Assembly: GCA_964016885.1 (NCBI GenBank)
Contig: OZ024759.1
Location: 8,680,001 to 8,744,000 of the forward strand
From: Eledone cirrhosa
Lineage: Eukaryota
Direction: 5' to 3'
DNA length: 64,000 bases
The notes under the pieces are model-generated. The model searched no databases, was not told where the DNA came from, and saw only the letters and a list, made by a program, of their open reading frames with translations. Shown piece by piece: positions 39,060 through 52,142 of this stretch. Within the stretch, counting starts at the first letter, position 1. Each line of letters opens with the position of its first letter. The position numbers were made by a program, and so were the translations under genes.

Positions 39060-40365
39060 GTTAGCATGGGGCCCAAGCCTTGGGTGTACCTTAAAGGTGA
39101 TGCCAACATCATTTGGGCAATGCTGATGGAATATTTTCTACATCATGCAGATGATGTAGAGTTCAGGGTGGAGTTGGAGAGAATAAAGGTTGAGCTTTTC
39201 TAGTCAACCCCAATAGTCATGGTCTGTCAGGGATAACAGCCAGTAGGTCTGACTGAAGGCAAGTCCTATCACCCACTTATTGACCTTCTGGAACTTGGAA
39301 TCATCTGCAGATATTCTTATGTTGCTGTGGTTGATGATGTCGGTTATGTCATTAACCCTTTAATGTTCAAACTGGCCAGAATTCTCTACCTCTTTCTGTT
39401 GTAACTGGCTGTAACTGGCCACTCATACCGATGTTAAGGTATTGTTCTCAAAATAAATACTTTCAAAATCTCATAGATTCGATATTATATGAGATAAAGC
39501 CTTTACCATGAAAATACAATAGTATATATAGAGTAATGTGAATGCTAAAGGGTTAATGTAGATAATGAAAAGATGTGGGCCCAACACAGTACCTTGTGGA
39601 ACACCACTACTGACTTTGACTGGGCTTGATTTTACTCCTTCGACTACAGCACATTGGGCGCTGTCTGTCAGGAAACACTTGATCCATTGCAGTAACTTTC
39701 CAGAGACACCAGTATTGGATTGTTTTTTCAGAAGAATGTTGTGATCAACCCTGTCAAAGGCCTTGCTGAAATCAAAGTAGATGACATCAGTGTTGGAGCC
39801 CTCTCCCAAGGCTCTCAAAACATCGTCAAAGTGATGCAGGAGCTGTGTTAGGCAGTCCCTTCCATTACAGAACCCATGTTGGTTGGAGTTCAGCAGGCCA
39901 TTGCTTTTGAGAAAGTGGGTTATTCGTGATCTCACCACCCTCTCAATGATATGAAAGGTGAGTGAGATCGGACGGTAGTTCACTGCCGGGGACTTGGTTT
40001 CCCTTTTTGAAAACTTGGACAGAAAGTTTTCAGGAATATAGCCAGAATCCAGTGAGTTCCTCCACAGATTAGCAAGAGGAGATGCAAGTTGGTGTCGACA
40101 CACCTTCAGGACACAAGCAGGGAACCTATAGGTGCCTACAGCTGAATTGTGTTCAATTTTGTTTATTGCCGCTAAGACAACAGGGGCACCAAACATTATG
40201 TCCGATATAGTGTGTTGGGGGTTAATATCACTGATATAGTCCAGATCAACTATATCAGGATTGCTGAAAACAGAGAAGTATTGTTTCTGCAGTATCTCAC
40301 CCATGGTTATGGATATTATCTTGAAGTGTGCCATTTTCATCAATTAGAGGGCCAACAGTGGAGAC
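39060..40365 (-). mobile_element. CR1-clade LINE RT fragment, interrupted by a TTAA element
   Basis: NYRPISLT, QHGF, DFSKAFD, SGVPQGTVLGP.LF, ISADD. Confidence 0.88.
39356..39552. mobile_element. piggyBac-type MITE with TTAA target duplication
   Basis: TTAA|CCCTTT...AAAGGG|TTAA; removing it restores the CR1 codons Y-I-N-D. Confidence 0.8.
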
Positions 40366-40431
40366 AGTGACCTTGTGTTGTGTCACAACACACAAAAACA
40401 GAACAAAAGAGAGACACAAAATAAAAACCTA

Positions 40432-40474
40432 GTCACTGAGGAGGTCACAGAATGTGTGACGAAAGAGCTTTGAC
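40432..40474 (+). ncRNA. Hammerhead motif family 3
   Basis: GTCA CTGAGGA G GTCACA-GAATG-TGTGAC GAAA GAGCTT TGAC. Confidence 0.65.
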
Positions 40475-40531
40475 AATATATAAACAACATTTCGGTTATC
40501 CAACCAACCAACCAGCCAGAAATTTATAATA

Positions 40532-41600
40532 TCTCTTAGCGGTTGTATATCCTTCTCTACTCCCACCATTTTTCCAAGCATTCCATGCTAGTCTTTTGTC
40601 TTTAATGGCCCTATCTACCGTGCTGTTCCACCATCAGGTCACCCTCTGTCTGGTCGGAGCTCTGCTCCAGCCACAAGATTCTTCAGAAGCCTGCAGTAAG
40701 TTGTCACGTAAGAAATTCCAGTTATCTTCTATGTCATACAATTCTAAATCATCTTCTTTTTCGTCATACACATCTTGAAGGGCTTTCCTAAATTTGTATT
40801 TTAGTGAAAGGTCTTTTAGCTTCCAGACCTTTCTTCTCCACACCTTCCTGTATGTCTCATTTCATCTCTTGCTTACTAAGATATCACTAACGACTAACCT
40901 ATGCTGTGGGGTACATTCTTCCCCAGGGTATGCTTTGGTATTTGACACCATCTGCTTGTCCCGCTGCCTAATTAGTAAGAAGTCAATCTGGCTTATGTGC
41001 TCGCCTGGTTTGTAGGTTATTAGGTGGTTGGCAGGTTTCTGGAAGTTAGTGTTGCAAATGGTTAGTGCACTTGCATCACAAAATTCAAGAAACCTCACTC
41101 CTTCATTTCTTGAGGCATAACCATGACCACCATGTACCCCAGGGTATCCATCCTGGAGCTGTCCAACATGACCATTGAAGTCCCCTGCTAGCATAACGAT
41201 GTCTCCGTCCTCTGTCATTGTGGCTGTTTCTAAAAGTTGCTTGTAAAATCAGTCTTTCTCTTTGCCTAGGCCTGCTTGGGGAGCATAAGTAGAGATGATT
41301 GTCTGTAGTCTCCTACCTACAACTAATCTAATCTTAATTATTCAATTACTGACTCTAATTACCTCTATTGTCTTATCGATCCATTTCTCAGCCAGTAAAA
41401 TGCCTACCTCACCTAACCCACCATCCTTACCTACCCAGAAAAGCTTATGACTAAGATGTTTGCCTGCGATTAGTCTTGCAGAGGCACTACTCCATCTCGC
41501 CTCTTGCACGCAGCACACATCCACATGTCATCTCTCCAGCATCTCCGCTATCTCACCAGATCTACCTGTCAGAGTGCCAACATTAAGTGTGGCAACCCTG
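40532..41600 (-). mobile_element. RTE LINE endonuclease region, decayed
   Basis: [38 protein letters not shown] on the minus strand; homologous to 26580-27300. Confidence 0.88.
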
Positions 41601-42062
41601 AGATGCGACGTCTTTCATTGAAATTTCTTCCTTTTCTGCAAAGAAAAATTTGTTTATAGTTGTGTTCATGTTGTGCGATTGCTTGATGATGGTCAGAGGT
41701 GTTCTCACACAGGCCACGCCAGCCACCCCACTACCGTGCGCAGCCCTAACATGGTTAGTGTTATTGCTGTTCACGCAGTTATTGCTATATAAATTTGTGT
41801 TGTGCTCATAATTGTTTTGGCATTAATACACTGGTTAGATGCTCTTCCTAACACTAGCGCCATTTTACAGCATGGACTGGGTGCTTTTATTTGTGCCACT
41901 AGCACTATAGAGGTTGTCTTACTGGACTCAGGGGCCTCCGCTTGATAATATACTATATGTTTATTTAAAAACATTTTGAAGACCATTCGCTAAACTAAAC
42001 CTCCTTACTAATTAATATATTACTAAACCGTCGTTTAATATTCTATTTCCTTCTGGTGTCAG

Positions 42063-42200
42063 ATACCCTGGAAGTGGCCCTCACACATTATCTACCCATG
42101 AAGGGGGTGGAACTGGAGGTTTCCTACATTACATACTCAGAACTGCTTCCAAAAAACTTTTTGGTAAGGACCTTAATGAACTGAACTTAAAAACTCTCAG
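42063..42200 (+). CDS. NARFL: NARFL coding exon 8
   Basis: (I)YPGSGPHTLSTHEGGGTGGFLHYILRTASKKLFG...KTL(R); conserved HxGGGxGG(Y/F)L; CAG acceptor, GTAAGA donor, phase 2. Confidence 0.92.
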
Positions 42201-42389
42201 GTAAGAAAGTTGTTGTTGGTGGTGGTGGTGTTGTTGTTGGTGGTGGTGTTGTTGTTGTTGTTGGTGGTGGTGATATCTGCAAACAGATAATATCAGAAAT
42301 AAAAAGATTAATGAAAACATTGTTTCCTTGGTCCAATCTCATGATTAGCTCCCTTCCTTCCTTTCTTTATTTATTCATTAGTGATACTG

Positions 42390-43750
42390 TATATATCTGG
42401 TTTACAATAGGTACACTGTATCCCTGTGTAAATTAAGTTTACAATAGGTACTCTGTATCCCTGTGTATATCAGGTTTACAATAGGTACACTGTATCCCTG
42501 TGTATATCTGGTTTACAATAGGTACACTGTATCCCTGTGTATATCAGGTTTACAACAGGTACACTGTATCCGTGTGTACCTGGTTTACAATAGGTACACT
42601 GTATCCCTGTGTATATCAGGTTTACAACAGGTACACTGTATCCGTGTGTACCTGGTTTACAATAGGTACACTGTATCCCTGTGTATATCTGGTTTACAAT
42701 AGGTACACTGTATCCCTGTGTATATCTGGTTTACAATAGGTACACTGTATCCCTGTGTAAATCAAGTTTACAATAGGTACACTGTATCCCTGTGTATATC
42801 AGGTTTACAATAGGTACACTGTATCCCTGTGTATCTGGTTTACAATAGGTACACTGTATCCCTGTGTAAATCTGGTTTACAATAGGTACACTGTATGCCT
42901 GTGTGTATCTGGTTTACAATAGGTACACTATCCCTGTGTATATATAGTTTACAATAGGTACACTGTATCCCTGTATATATCAAGTTTACAATAGGTACAC
43001 TGTATCCCTGTATATCAGGTTTACAATAGGTACACTGTATCTATGTGTATATCAGGTTTACAGTAGGTACACTGTATCCCTGTGGTGTGTACCTGGTTTA
43101 CAATAGGTACACTGTATCCCTGTGTGTCTTGTTTACAATAGGTACACTGTATCCCTGTGGTGTCTACCTGGTTTACAATAGGTACACTGTATCCCTGTGT
43201 ATATCTAGTTTACAATAGGTACACTGTATCCCTGTGTGTCTTGTTTACAATAAGTACACTGTGTCCCTGTCGTGTGTACCTGGTTTACAATAGGTACACT
43301 GTATCCCTGTGATGTGTACCTGGTTTACGATGGGTACACTGTATCCCTGTATATATCTGTTTTACAATAGGTACACTGTATCCCTGTGTATATCTGGTTT
43401 ACAATAGGTACACTGTATCCCTGTATATCTGGTTTACAATAGGTACACTGTATCCCTGTGTATACCAGGGTTACAATAGGTACACTGCATCCCTGTGGTG
43501 TGTACCTGGTTTGCAATAGGTACACTGTATCCCTGTGTATATCTGGTTTACAATAGGTACACTGTATCCCTGTGTACCTGGTTTACAATAGGTACACTGT
43601 ATCCCTGTGTATATCTGGTTTACAATAGGTACACTGTATCCCTGTGTATATCTGGTTTACAATAGGTACACTGTATCCCTGTGTATATCTGGTTTACAAT
43701 AGGTACACTGTATCCCTGTGTATATCTGGTTTACAATAGGTACACTGTAT
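42390..43750. repeat. ~37-bp minisatellite filling most of NARFL intron 8
   Basis: Unit TGGTTTACAATAGGTACACTGTATCCCTGTGTATATC. Confidence 0.95.
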
Positions 43751-43960
43751 TGTTGTATGTTGTAAGAAGCAATTAGAAGGGTTAGCACTATGAAGTAACT
43801 TAGTAAAACATTGCCTCCAAAAAAGGTGCACGATCAATCTGAAATTTGTTATAGGCCCTGCAAGGCTAACCCCTTCTTTAACAAAGAAAAGGACCTTAAA
43901 ACTCTCATCAATGTTGTTATACTCCCATACATTAAAGTTTCTATTTTTTTATTTTGACAG

Positions 43961-44366
43961 AAACAATGACTCTAAAGAAATTACAGTTTCTTCGGATGAC
44001 GGCAAAGAACTCAAGTTTGCTATTGCTTACGGATTTCGGAACATTCAGAATATCGTACAGAAGATAAAACGAGGGAAATGTCCATACCATTTTGTGGAGA
44101 TCATGGCCTGTCCATCTGGATGTAACAATGGTGGAGCACAGATCAGAGATATGTCGATCACACAAGATACAGCCAAGAACATGTTGTTACGAGTCGAAGA
44201 ACTTTACAATTCTGTAGACTTTGTTGAACCAATGGATGTGGAAGATGTTGAGAAACTGTACGATGAGTGGCTTGGGGGTCGCGACTCTGAGAAATGTGCC
44301 ACACTGCTCCACACACAATACCATCATATAGAAAAGAATATAAATGTTTTAGCTCTAAAATGGTAG
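43961..44366 (+). CDS. NARFL: NARFL terminal coding exon 9
   Basis: AYGFRNIQNIVQK...HFVEIMACPSGCNNGGAQ...LLHTQYH...LALKW*; EIMACPxGC motif and C-terminal Trp typical of Nar1/NARFL; summed CDS 1452 nt. Confidence 0.96.
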
Positions 44367-44383
44367 ACAAATGTTTTCATTAA

Positions 44384-44398
44384 AATAAAGTCAATAAA
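44384..44398 (+). terminator. Candidate polyadenylation signals of NARFL
   Basis: Two AATAAA hexamers (44384, 44393) just after the stop codon. Confidence 0.55.
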
Positions 44399-44575
44399 TT
44401 AATGTTTAATCTATAATAAGTCTTTCTACATTTGGCACAGGGCCAGCAATCTAAATGAAGGTGGAAGGTCAATAAATCAGCCTCATTGTCTTACTGGTAC
44501 TTCATTTTGTTGACCCCGTTAGGATAAACAGTAAAACTAACCAAGGCAGGATTGGACTCAATATAATAATTAAAA

Positions 44576-44758
44576 TAATTGTTTCTATTTTAGGCACAAG
44601 GCCAGCAAATATCCAGTGCATTACTGGTACTTTATTTTATCGACCCCGTAAGGATGAAAGGCAAAGTCAACCTCGGCGGGATTTGAACTCAGATCGTAAA
44701 GGGACGTAACTATGCTGGAAAGCATGGCGTCCGACCCTCTACCGATACTGCCAATCCA
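44576..44758 (-). mobile_element. SINE-A copy downstream of the NARFL stop
   Basis: Reverse complement of 5243-5422. Confidence 0.85.
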
Positions 44759-44942
44759 ACGCCCTTAAAATAATGTCCCACCCTTGCAAGCAGGGAAAAG
44801 CGGACTTAAAATGATGATGATGATGATGATGTTTTATAATTTAGACACAAGAACATTGTGTGTGCGTATATATACATGTATGTGTATATATACATGTATG
44901 TGTATATATACATGTATGTGTATATATATATATATATGTATA

Positions 44943-45319
44943 TATGAATGTATGTATAGTATATTTGGCAATATACTCAATGTTTAATTAAAAACATTTT
45001 GAAGACCTTACGTTGTCATTTTTAAAGTAGTGACTATGTCACTTACTTCTTTTTTCCGACAAAGGAAGGGAGAGAAGCTGACAGATCTGTTTCACACTGT
45101 TGGTGTTCCTCAGAGCAACGTACTCCCCGCCTCTGCCGAAAATTATAGAGGCTGGATTCTTATAGAATTCCAGTAATAATCAGGAACTGATTATACAGAG
45201 CGATTGCCGGAAAAAAGAAGTGACATAGTCACTTCTTTAAAATGACAGCGCAAGGTCTTCAAAATGTTTTTAATTAAACATACGGTATATTGCCAAATAT
45301 ACTATACATACATTCATAT
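44943..45319. mobile_element. Fold-back/MITE-like element with ~115-bp inverted arms
   Basis: 44943-45062 is the imperfect reverse complement of 45204-45319. Confidence 0.6.
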
Positions 45320-45369
45320 CTGGTAGAGAATGTTGAGAAGCCAGAGGGGATCACTAATGTAGGCAGGAA

Positions 45370-45915
45370 GCTGCTAGAATTGGTTGAGGACTTCTTGTAT
45401 CTGGGAGAAAAGATTGGGAATACGGAAGATGATGTGGTCGAAAGGAAGAGCAAAGCCTGGGTGGCGTGTCATAGCTTGAGGTCCGTGTGGAAGTCGGACC
45501 TTCGTAAAGACCTGAAGATTTGTCTCTTCGTTGCTGTAGTGGGGTCTGTGCTGCTGTGCGGGTCTGAGACTTGGACACTGACCAAGAAACTCACTCAGAT
45601 GGTGGATGGGTGCTACACGAGAATGCTGAGGATGGCTCTGAACATTAATCAGTATACACTGAAGATGAAGAACTCAGAGCTGTACGGGAGCCTCCCAAAA
45701 GTCAGCTCGAGAGTAGCACAGAGGAGACTGAGGTTAGCTGGACATGGTCACCGACATCCAGAGTTGACATTGCACTCACTGCTCCTGTGAGAGCCCCTGC
45801 ATGGACACACTGGAAGAGGGAGACTGAGGTTAACATATATCTCTTGGAGATGCAGGACATGGCAGCAATGATGAGGGACAGAGACCGCTGGAGAGAACTC
45901 GTCCATGGATCTCAT
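45370..45915 (+). mobile_element. RTE-like LINE fragment, second family (RT C-terminus)
   Basis: VEDFLYLG...SVLLCGSETWTLT...RRLRLAGH. Confidence 0.8.
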
Positions 45916-45924
45916 TATTGTCTT

Positions 45925-46915
45925 ACAGGGTTTAAGACTGGCTGCCCATGGGAACTTCTATATGCAGATGATCTAACTCTCATAGCTGAATCCATGGCTG
46001 AACTAGAGAGGAAGTTCCAAACATGAAAGCATGGCCTTGAATCAAAAGGCCTTAGAGTCAACTTGTTTAAGACTAAGGTTCTAGTATGTAGAAAGGAGAA
46101 TAGGGCACAGGTACCCTCTGGGAAATGGCCTTGCTCAGTGTGTAAGAAAGGAGTAGGCAGAAATGCCATTCTATGTCCCAAATGCAAACTATGGGTACTT
46201 AAAAGATGTAGTAGGATCACAGGCAAGCTATCTAAGAATGCAGATTTTATATGTGACCGATGTTCAGGTGCAGTAAGTAGCAAGGACCCACTGGATATCT
46301 CCTTCAACTGCCCAGATGGTTCTATAGAAATAGTAGACACCTTCCGTTACCTGGGTGACACAATCAGTAGTGGAAGAGGATGCTCTGAAAGTGTAGTAGC
46401 CAGAGTTAGAACGGGATGGAAAAAGTTGAGAGAGCTAATACCACTGTTGGCCACAAGGGGTTTTTCTCTAAAAATGAAAGGCAGATTGTATGATGCATGT
46501 ATAAGAATGGCAATGTTACATGGTAGTGAGACCTGGGCATTGTGTGATGAAGACCTGCATAGATTAGAAAGAAATGAAGCCTGCATGCTCCAACGGATGT
46601 GTAATAGTAATGAATGCGAACAGTTAAGCATAAACGAACTAAGAGGGACACTAAACATAAGAGGTATCAAATGTTGTGTTCTGGAGAGGAGGATGTATTG
46701 GTATGGACATGTGATGCGTATGAAGGACGACAGCTGTATAAAAAAGTGCAAAGCAATGAAAATTGATGGAAGCTGCGGGGTGGGTAGACCAAGAAAAACC
46801 TGGGACGAGGTGATAAAAACTGACCTTGCTCACCTACACCTCTCTAAGACAATGACACTGGATCCAGACCTTTGGTGCCATGCAGTTGTACAGAAGACCC
46901 GACTACCATTGCATA
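45925..46915 (+). mobile_element. RTE LINE fragment (related subfamily)
   Basis: GCPWELLYADD, KWPCSVC, LHGSETW, GRPRKTW. Confidence 0.9.
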
Positions 46916-47804
46916 CAAACCTACACTCAGTAGGCACCTCTTAACCCTTAATGCATGTGTGTGTGCATGTATACATACATATATAAGTATGTGTGTGCAT
47001 ATTTACATACATATATGTGTGTGTGTGCATATATACATATATATGTATGTGTGTGCATATTTACATACATATGTGTGTGTGCATATATACATATATATAT
47101 GTATGCGTGTGTGTGTATATATACTTACATATTTATGTATGTGTGTGTGTGTGTGCATATATACTCATGCACACACACACACACACACACATTACTCATA
47201 TTTGAGAGATCCCAGCTCCGATACTATGGACATGTGGTTAGAATGTGTCAGGAAAGAATCGCTGCACAGATTTTTTGGGGCAAAACCAACCAGCAGAAGA
47301 CCCAAGGGTAGACCCCGAGCAAGATGGTTGGATAACATCCATGAGCTTGGCTGGTCACGCTTGGAGATACAGCCAGATCAGTTGGAGACGGTTGCTTCTG
47401 GAAGGACCTGCTGAAGGGAGTGTTAGAGGACTCTGCTGCCACCAGCCTCTCAGGAATAAGTGGGCCAAGAAGAAGGAGATATATATATATATATGACATG
47501 GGATGAGGTGATAAATGCTGACCTTGCACACTTGCACCTCTCAAATATAATTGTTTCTACTTTTGGCACAAGGCCAGCAACTACCCAGTACATTACTGGT
47601 ACTATATATAATTGTTTCTACTTTTGGCACAAGGCAAGCAACTACCCAGTACATTACTGGTACTATATATAATGACACAGGATCAAGATCTCTGGCATTA
47701 TGCAGTAATAAAGGAGACCCATCTTGCCATGAGTACAGGCTGAAGCATACATATAGTACGTGGCCCTTCACCTCCCACATCCTAACACTCCACCTCTCCC
47801 ACCA

Positions 47805-48523
47805 AAGTACCCAGTCCACTCTGTAAAGTGGTCATGTAGGTGTCACAACAAAAAGCACCCAGTCCACACTGTAAAGTTTTCATGTAGGTGTTGCAACAAA
47901 AAGCACCCAGTCCACACTGTAAAGTGGTCATGTAGGTGTCACAACAAAAAGTACCCAGTCCACTCTGTAAAGTGGTCATGTAGGTGTCACAACAAAAAGC
48001 ACCCAGTACACACTTTAAAGTGGTCATGTAGGTGTCATGACAAAAAGCACCTGGCCCACACTGTAAAGTGGTCATGTAGGTGTTGCAACAAAAAGCACCC
48101 AGTTCACTCTGTAAAGTGGTCATGTAGGTGTCACAACAAAAAGCACCCAGTCCACACTGTAAAGTGGTCATGTAGGTGTCACAACAAAAAGCACCCAGTC
48201 CACACTGTAAAGTGGTCGTGTAGGTGTCACAACAAAAAGTACCCAGTCCACTCTGTAAAGTGGTCATGTAGGTGTCACAACAAAAAGCACCCAGTACACA
48301 CTTTAAAGTGGTCATGTAGGTGTTGCAACAAAAAACACCCAGTCCACACTGTAGAGTGGTCATGTAGGTGTCATGACAAAAAGCACCCAGTCCACACTGT
48401 AGTGGTCATGTAGTTGTCATGACAAAAAGCACCCAGCCCACACTGTGAAGTGGTCATGTAGGTGTTGCAACAAAAAGCATCCAGTCCACACTGTAAAGTG
48501 GTCATGTAGGTGTCACAACAAAA
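47805..48523 (+). repeat. 48-bp minisatellite derived from the RTE 3' UTR, ~15 copies
   Basis: Unit AAAAAGCACCCAGTCCACACTGTAAAGTGGTCATGTAGGTGTCACAAC matches 29360-29410. Confidence 0.92.
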
Positions 48524-48757
48524 TGTTATTCTTTCTGACGACTGAAGACAAATATCTGTCTACAAGAAACGACTGGTATCTTATGTTGTTTATTACATAA
48601 CTATATATATATATATATATAAGCAAAGGGATATTTAATTTGTTGGTAATTCAACAAATATATTTATAACAGATTCGAAGCACTCGACGGTTTTTCTTAA
48701 ACTTGAACCGTTAAGGTCTCATTGGTGGATATGTCAATATTTATAAAACAAACTTTG

Positions 48758-48818
48758 TATTTTATCTGATGAGAGCGTACCAAAGTTTTGGTACGCTTGA
48801 AATATATATAATAGAATA
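48758..48818 (+). ncRNA. Hammerhead motif family 2
   Basis: Stem I TATTTTAT/ATAGAATA, CTGATGA, 11-bp stem II GAGCGTACCAA/TTGGTACGCTT, GAAA, palindromic ATATATAT, AUA site; disrupted copy at ~6524-6593. Confidence 0.75.
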
Positions 48819-48859
48819 AATATGGTTTTATAAATATAGTTTCCATTTATTAATATCAT

Positions 48860-48899
<40 letters not shown>

Positions 48900-48987
48900 C
48901 GTTTCTGAATTTGTTTAGTAAGGTTCTTTATTGGCAACATGACCCTCCCAAAGTATAACAATATATATATATATATATATACATATA

Positions 48988-49058
<71 letters not shown>

Positions 49059-49901
49059 CCGACTGTACTGCTGTATGTGTTCTCTATATTTAAGAGAGTA
49101 GAGAGTGCATTTGGCAGCGATAATGGGGGACAGAGACCGCTGGAGAGAACTCGTCCATGGGTCTCGGGAGTTTTACCCGCCCTAGATAGATAGAATGAAT
49201 TGGCTGCTATTTCTACCACATGGAACAACAAGGTAAGAGACTCCTTCGTTGATATACAATAATTATTTTACAGGGTATTGTTTTATTTTACCATGTGTTC
49301 GGAAACAATTGTTGAGTGAATTGATAAATGAACGTATAAATTATCTGAGGGACTTTAAACGTATGACACCGGTGTTATTGAGAAGAAGGGAACATTATTT
49401 ACGGTACGGCGTACCTGTTTATCTTAATTATAACTTTAATCCAATATCTTGTGTAGTTATTATCACCAACATCTCAACAATTTGGTTTCCTGGCTTTTCT
49501 TCACTTGAAATATATAGTACGTATTATTTGTATTGTCAATACAATCACGATTTATTTGGATTATTAAACACACACTGTGTATAGTTGTTTATTTGCGGGA
49601 TGATTGTAATAAAAGGGTTTATATGTATCTAAAAGGTTTCCACCATTACATAAAATAATGATGGAAGGTTTATATGTATCTAAGAACCTTTGTTAAGTTA
49701 TCTTCCAAACACTCCTGGTTCTATGATACTTGTTTTAAAGTTTTTATATTTATCGAAAAAAAACCTTCCATCATCATTATATATATATATATATATATAT
49801 GCAAGAGATGTCAACACGAATGGACGTGTTATTTTTATCTGAAGACATTTTTTCCAATTCTATCCCGCCCGTCCCCTCAATTCTTTTTATTTCTCATTCT
49901 T

Positions 49902-49937
49902 TCTTCTGATGAAGGACTAGCGCCCGAAACGTTAATA
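49902..49937 (+). ncRNA. Hammerhead motif family 1
   Basis: TCTT CTGATGA AGGACTAGCGCCC GAAA CGTT AATA; flanks match 6140-6350. Confidence 0.55.
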
Positions 49938-50022
49938 TCCTCTTCCTGCTATATCAAGCGTTAACCTAATATATACCTTCCATATACTGTACCGATTGTG
50001 TTGTTATTCCTGTTTACCTTTT

Positions 50023-50057
<35 letters not shown>

Positions 50058-50669
50058 CGTATTTAAGAAAGCTACAACAATGCAAAGGGAAATCTCGAGG
50101 TAGGAAGTGAAATATAGATAGGAAAAACAGGATAAAGTGAAAATTGAGAGAGACAAAGATGAAAACAAAACAAAGGTAGAAGGGTTACCGTAAAAAAAAA
50201 AAAAAAAAAATCTCTACTACGGTAACCCTTCTACCTTTGTTTTGTTTTCATCTTTGTCTCTCTCAATTTTCACTTTCACCTGTTTTTCCTATCTATATTT
50301 CACTTCCTACCTCGAGATTTCCCTTTGCATTGTTGTGGCTTTCTTAAATACGTATTTTTACACATTTCACAATGCTTCAAGCAAACTTTAACACCCTCTT
50401 ATATATATATATATATATATATTTATTGCTCTACGGTTCTTATATATTTGATATATATTTATCCTTATCGAGCTCTCTTTGGATTTTAGTCTTCAAATTT
50501 ATTATTATTACAATATATATATATATATATATATATATAGGAACAAGTATGACCACGGCGGCAGAGCTCAAGCCGTTTCGACGGCTATTTCGACCAGAAA
50601 TAGCCGTCGAAAGTATTGAGTCCTTTTGTGTGTTATGGTCCATCTGGTTCCTTACCACAATTCCTTCGT

Positions 50670-50702
<33 letters not shown>

Positions 50703-50831
50703 AGATCAAAAGATGGTTAAAGGAGTTCCTTTGATCTTATATTATGCATACTCCAGTCCCACAAACTGTAGAGTGCTTCTTATCCGATATCTGCATTGCT
50801 TTATTGTACTACAATAAAACTCACCTCCTAC

Positions 50832-50866
<35 letters not shown>

Positions 50867-51704
50867 CAAGGGTCGGCAACCCTCGGTTTCAATCTTAGGT
50901 TAAGCGATCCATGAAAAAATGTGCTCTGAATTATTTGGGGTTAGAATAAGGACCAAAGAACACGTCTAGCCACAAGACTCACTTAGCTGAAAGTAATTTT
51001 TTGATGGACAGTAACAAACAATCAAACTCAGACAGATAGAACAGTCACACATGAAGTGTGTATTCGTGTATATATGTACATACATAGTATGTGTATGGCA
51101 GGGATGTGGAACGACCCAGACTTAACTAAAACAAGTCAGTGTGTCAGGCATTTAGTTATTTCATTTCATCCTCAAAATCTTTCATTTGAATTTACTGTCT
51201 GGTAGTAAAACATCAGTAAATGACTGTATTCGATAATAATCAATGTTTATTTATTTTTCTGTTAACCCTTTAGCATTTACATTACTCTATATATACTATT
51301 GTATTTTCACAGTAAAGTCTTTACCTCACATAACATATGGTACCCTTGAAATATATATAATAGAATAAATATGGTTTTTATAAATATAGTTTTCATTTAT
51401 TTAATATCATTGTATATATATATATATATATATATTTCACATTGCTCCATGATAGGGACTGGGGTCCCTATAATTCCACTGCAAAGTGGTCGTGGAGGTG
51501 CCATGGCAAAAAAGCACCCAGCACTCACTGTAAATGAGGTTGGTGTTAGGAAGGGCATCCAGCTGTAGAAATCAAGCCAGAATCAGTTCCCGTCCCACCC
51601 TTGCAAGCAGGGAAAAGTGGACGTAAAATGAAATGATGATATTCCGCTGACGAGACACTGCATAGCTATGTGGCCCTCACACTCCAAAAGATTGCTGATC
51701 CCTG
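50867..51704. mobile_element. Possible hAT-type non-autonomous element with nested insertions
   Basis: Ends CAAGGGTCGGCAACC ... GATTGCTGATCCCTG form imperfect TIRs; no clear 8-bp TSD. Confidence 0.4.
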
Positions 51705-51720
51705 ATACACACATGCGTGC

Positions 51721-51756
<36 letters not shown>

Positions 51757-51886
51757 GGAAAGTTATATTTAAATTGTTGGGTTAACAACGAGTAAATATT
51801 TATAACTGATATAAAAGCACTCAACAAGTATTTGGAGTATATTTATGATATTAAATAAATGGAAACTATATTTATAAAACCATATT

Positions 51887-51952
51887 TATTTCGTTATATA
51901 TATTTCAGGGATATCATATTAACAATATGCTATGCCTTCCTCAGACAAAATA
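51887..51952 (-). ncRNA. Hammerhead motif, inverted twin of 52077-52142
   Basis: Same fold on the minus strand, core CTGAGGA. Confidence 0.7.
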
Positions 51953-52076
51953 CAATATAAACAGTCTTATAAATAAATAGATACGACATACCTTTCAATC
52001 ACCTTTTGGGAGGTTGATTTGGCAAGGTGATTGAAAGGTATGTCGTATCTATTTATTTATAGGACTGTTTATATTG

Positions 52077-52142
52077 TATTTTGTCTGAAGAAGGCATAAC
52101 ATATTGTTAATATGATATCCCTGAAATATATATAACGAAATA
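52077..52142 (+). ncRNA. Hammerhead motif family 2 variant
   Basis: Stem I TATTTTGT/ACGAAATA, CTGAAGA, long stem II AGGCATAACATATT/AATATGATATCCCT, GAAA, AUA site. Confidence 0.75.

Noticed and set aside
47760-48413. Cys/His-rich 217-aa ORF
   Set aside because: Translation of the 48-bp RTE-UTR-derived array
48535-48580. CTGACGA...GAAA...GTA hammerhead-like string
   Set aside because: Stem II imperfect and no stem I pairing; possibly a truncated relic but not supportable
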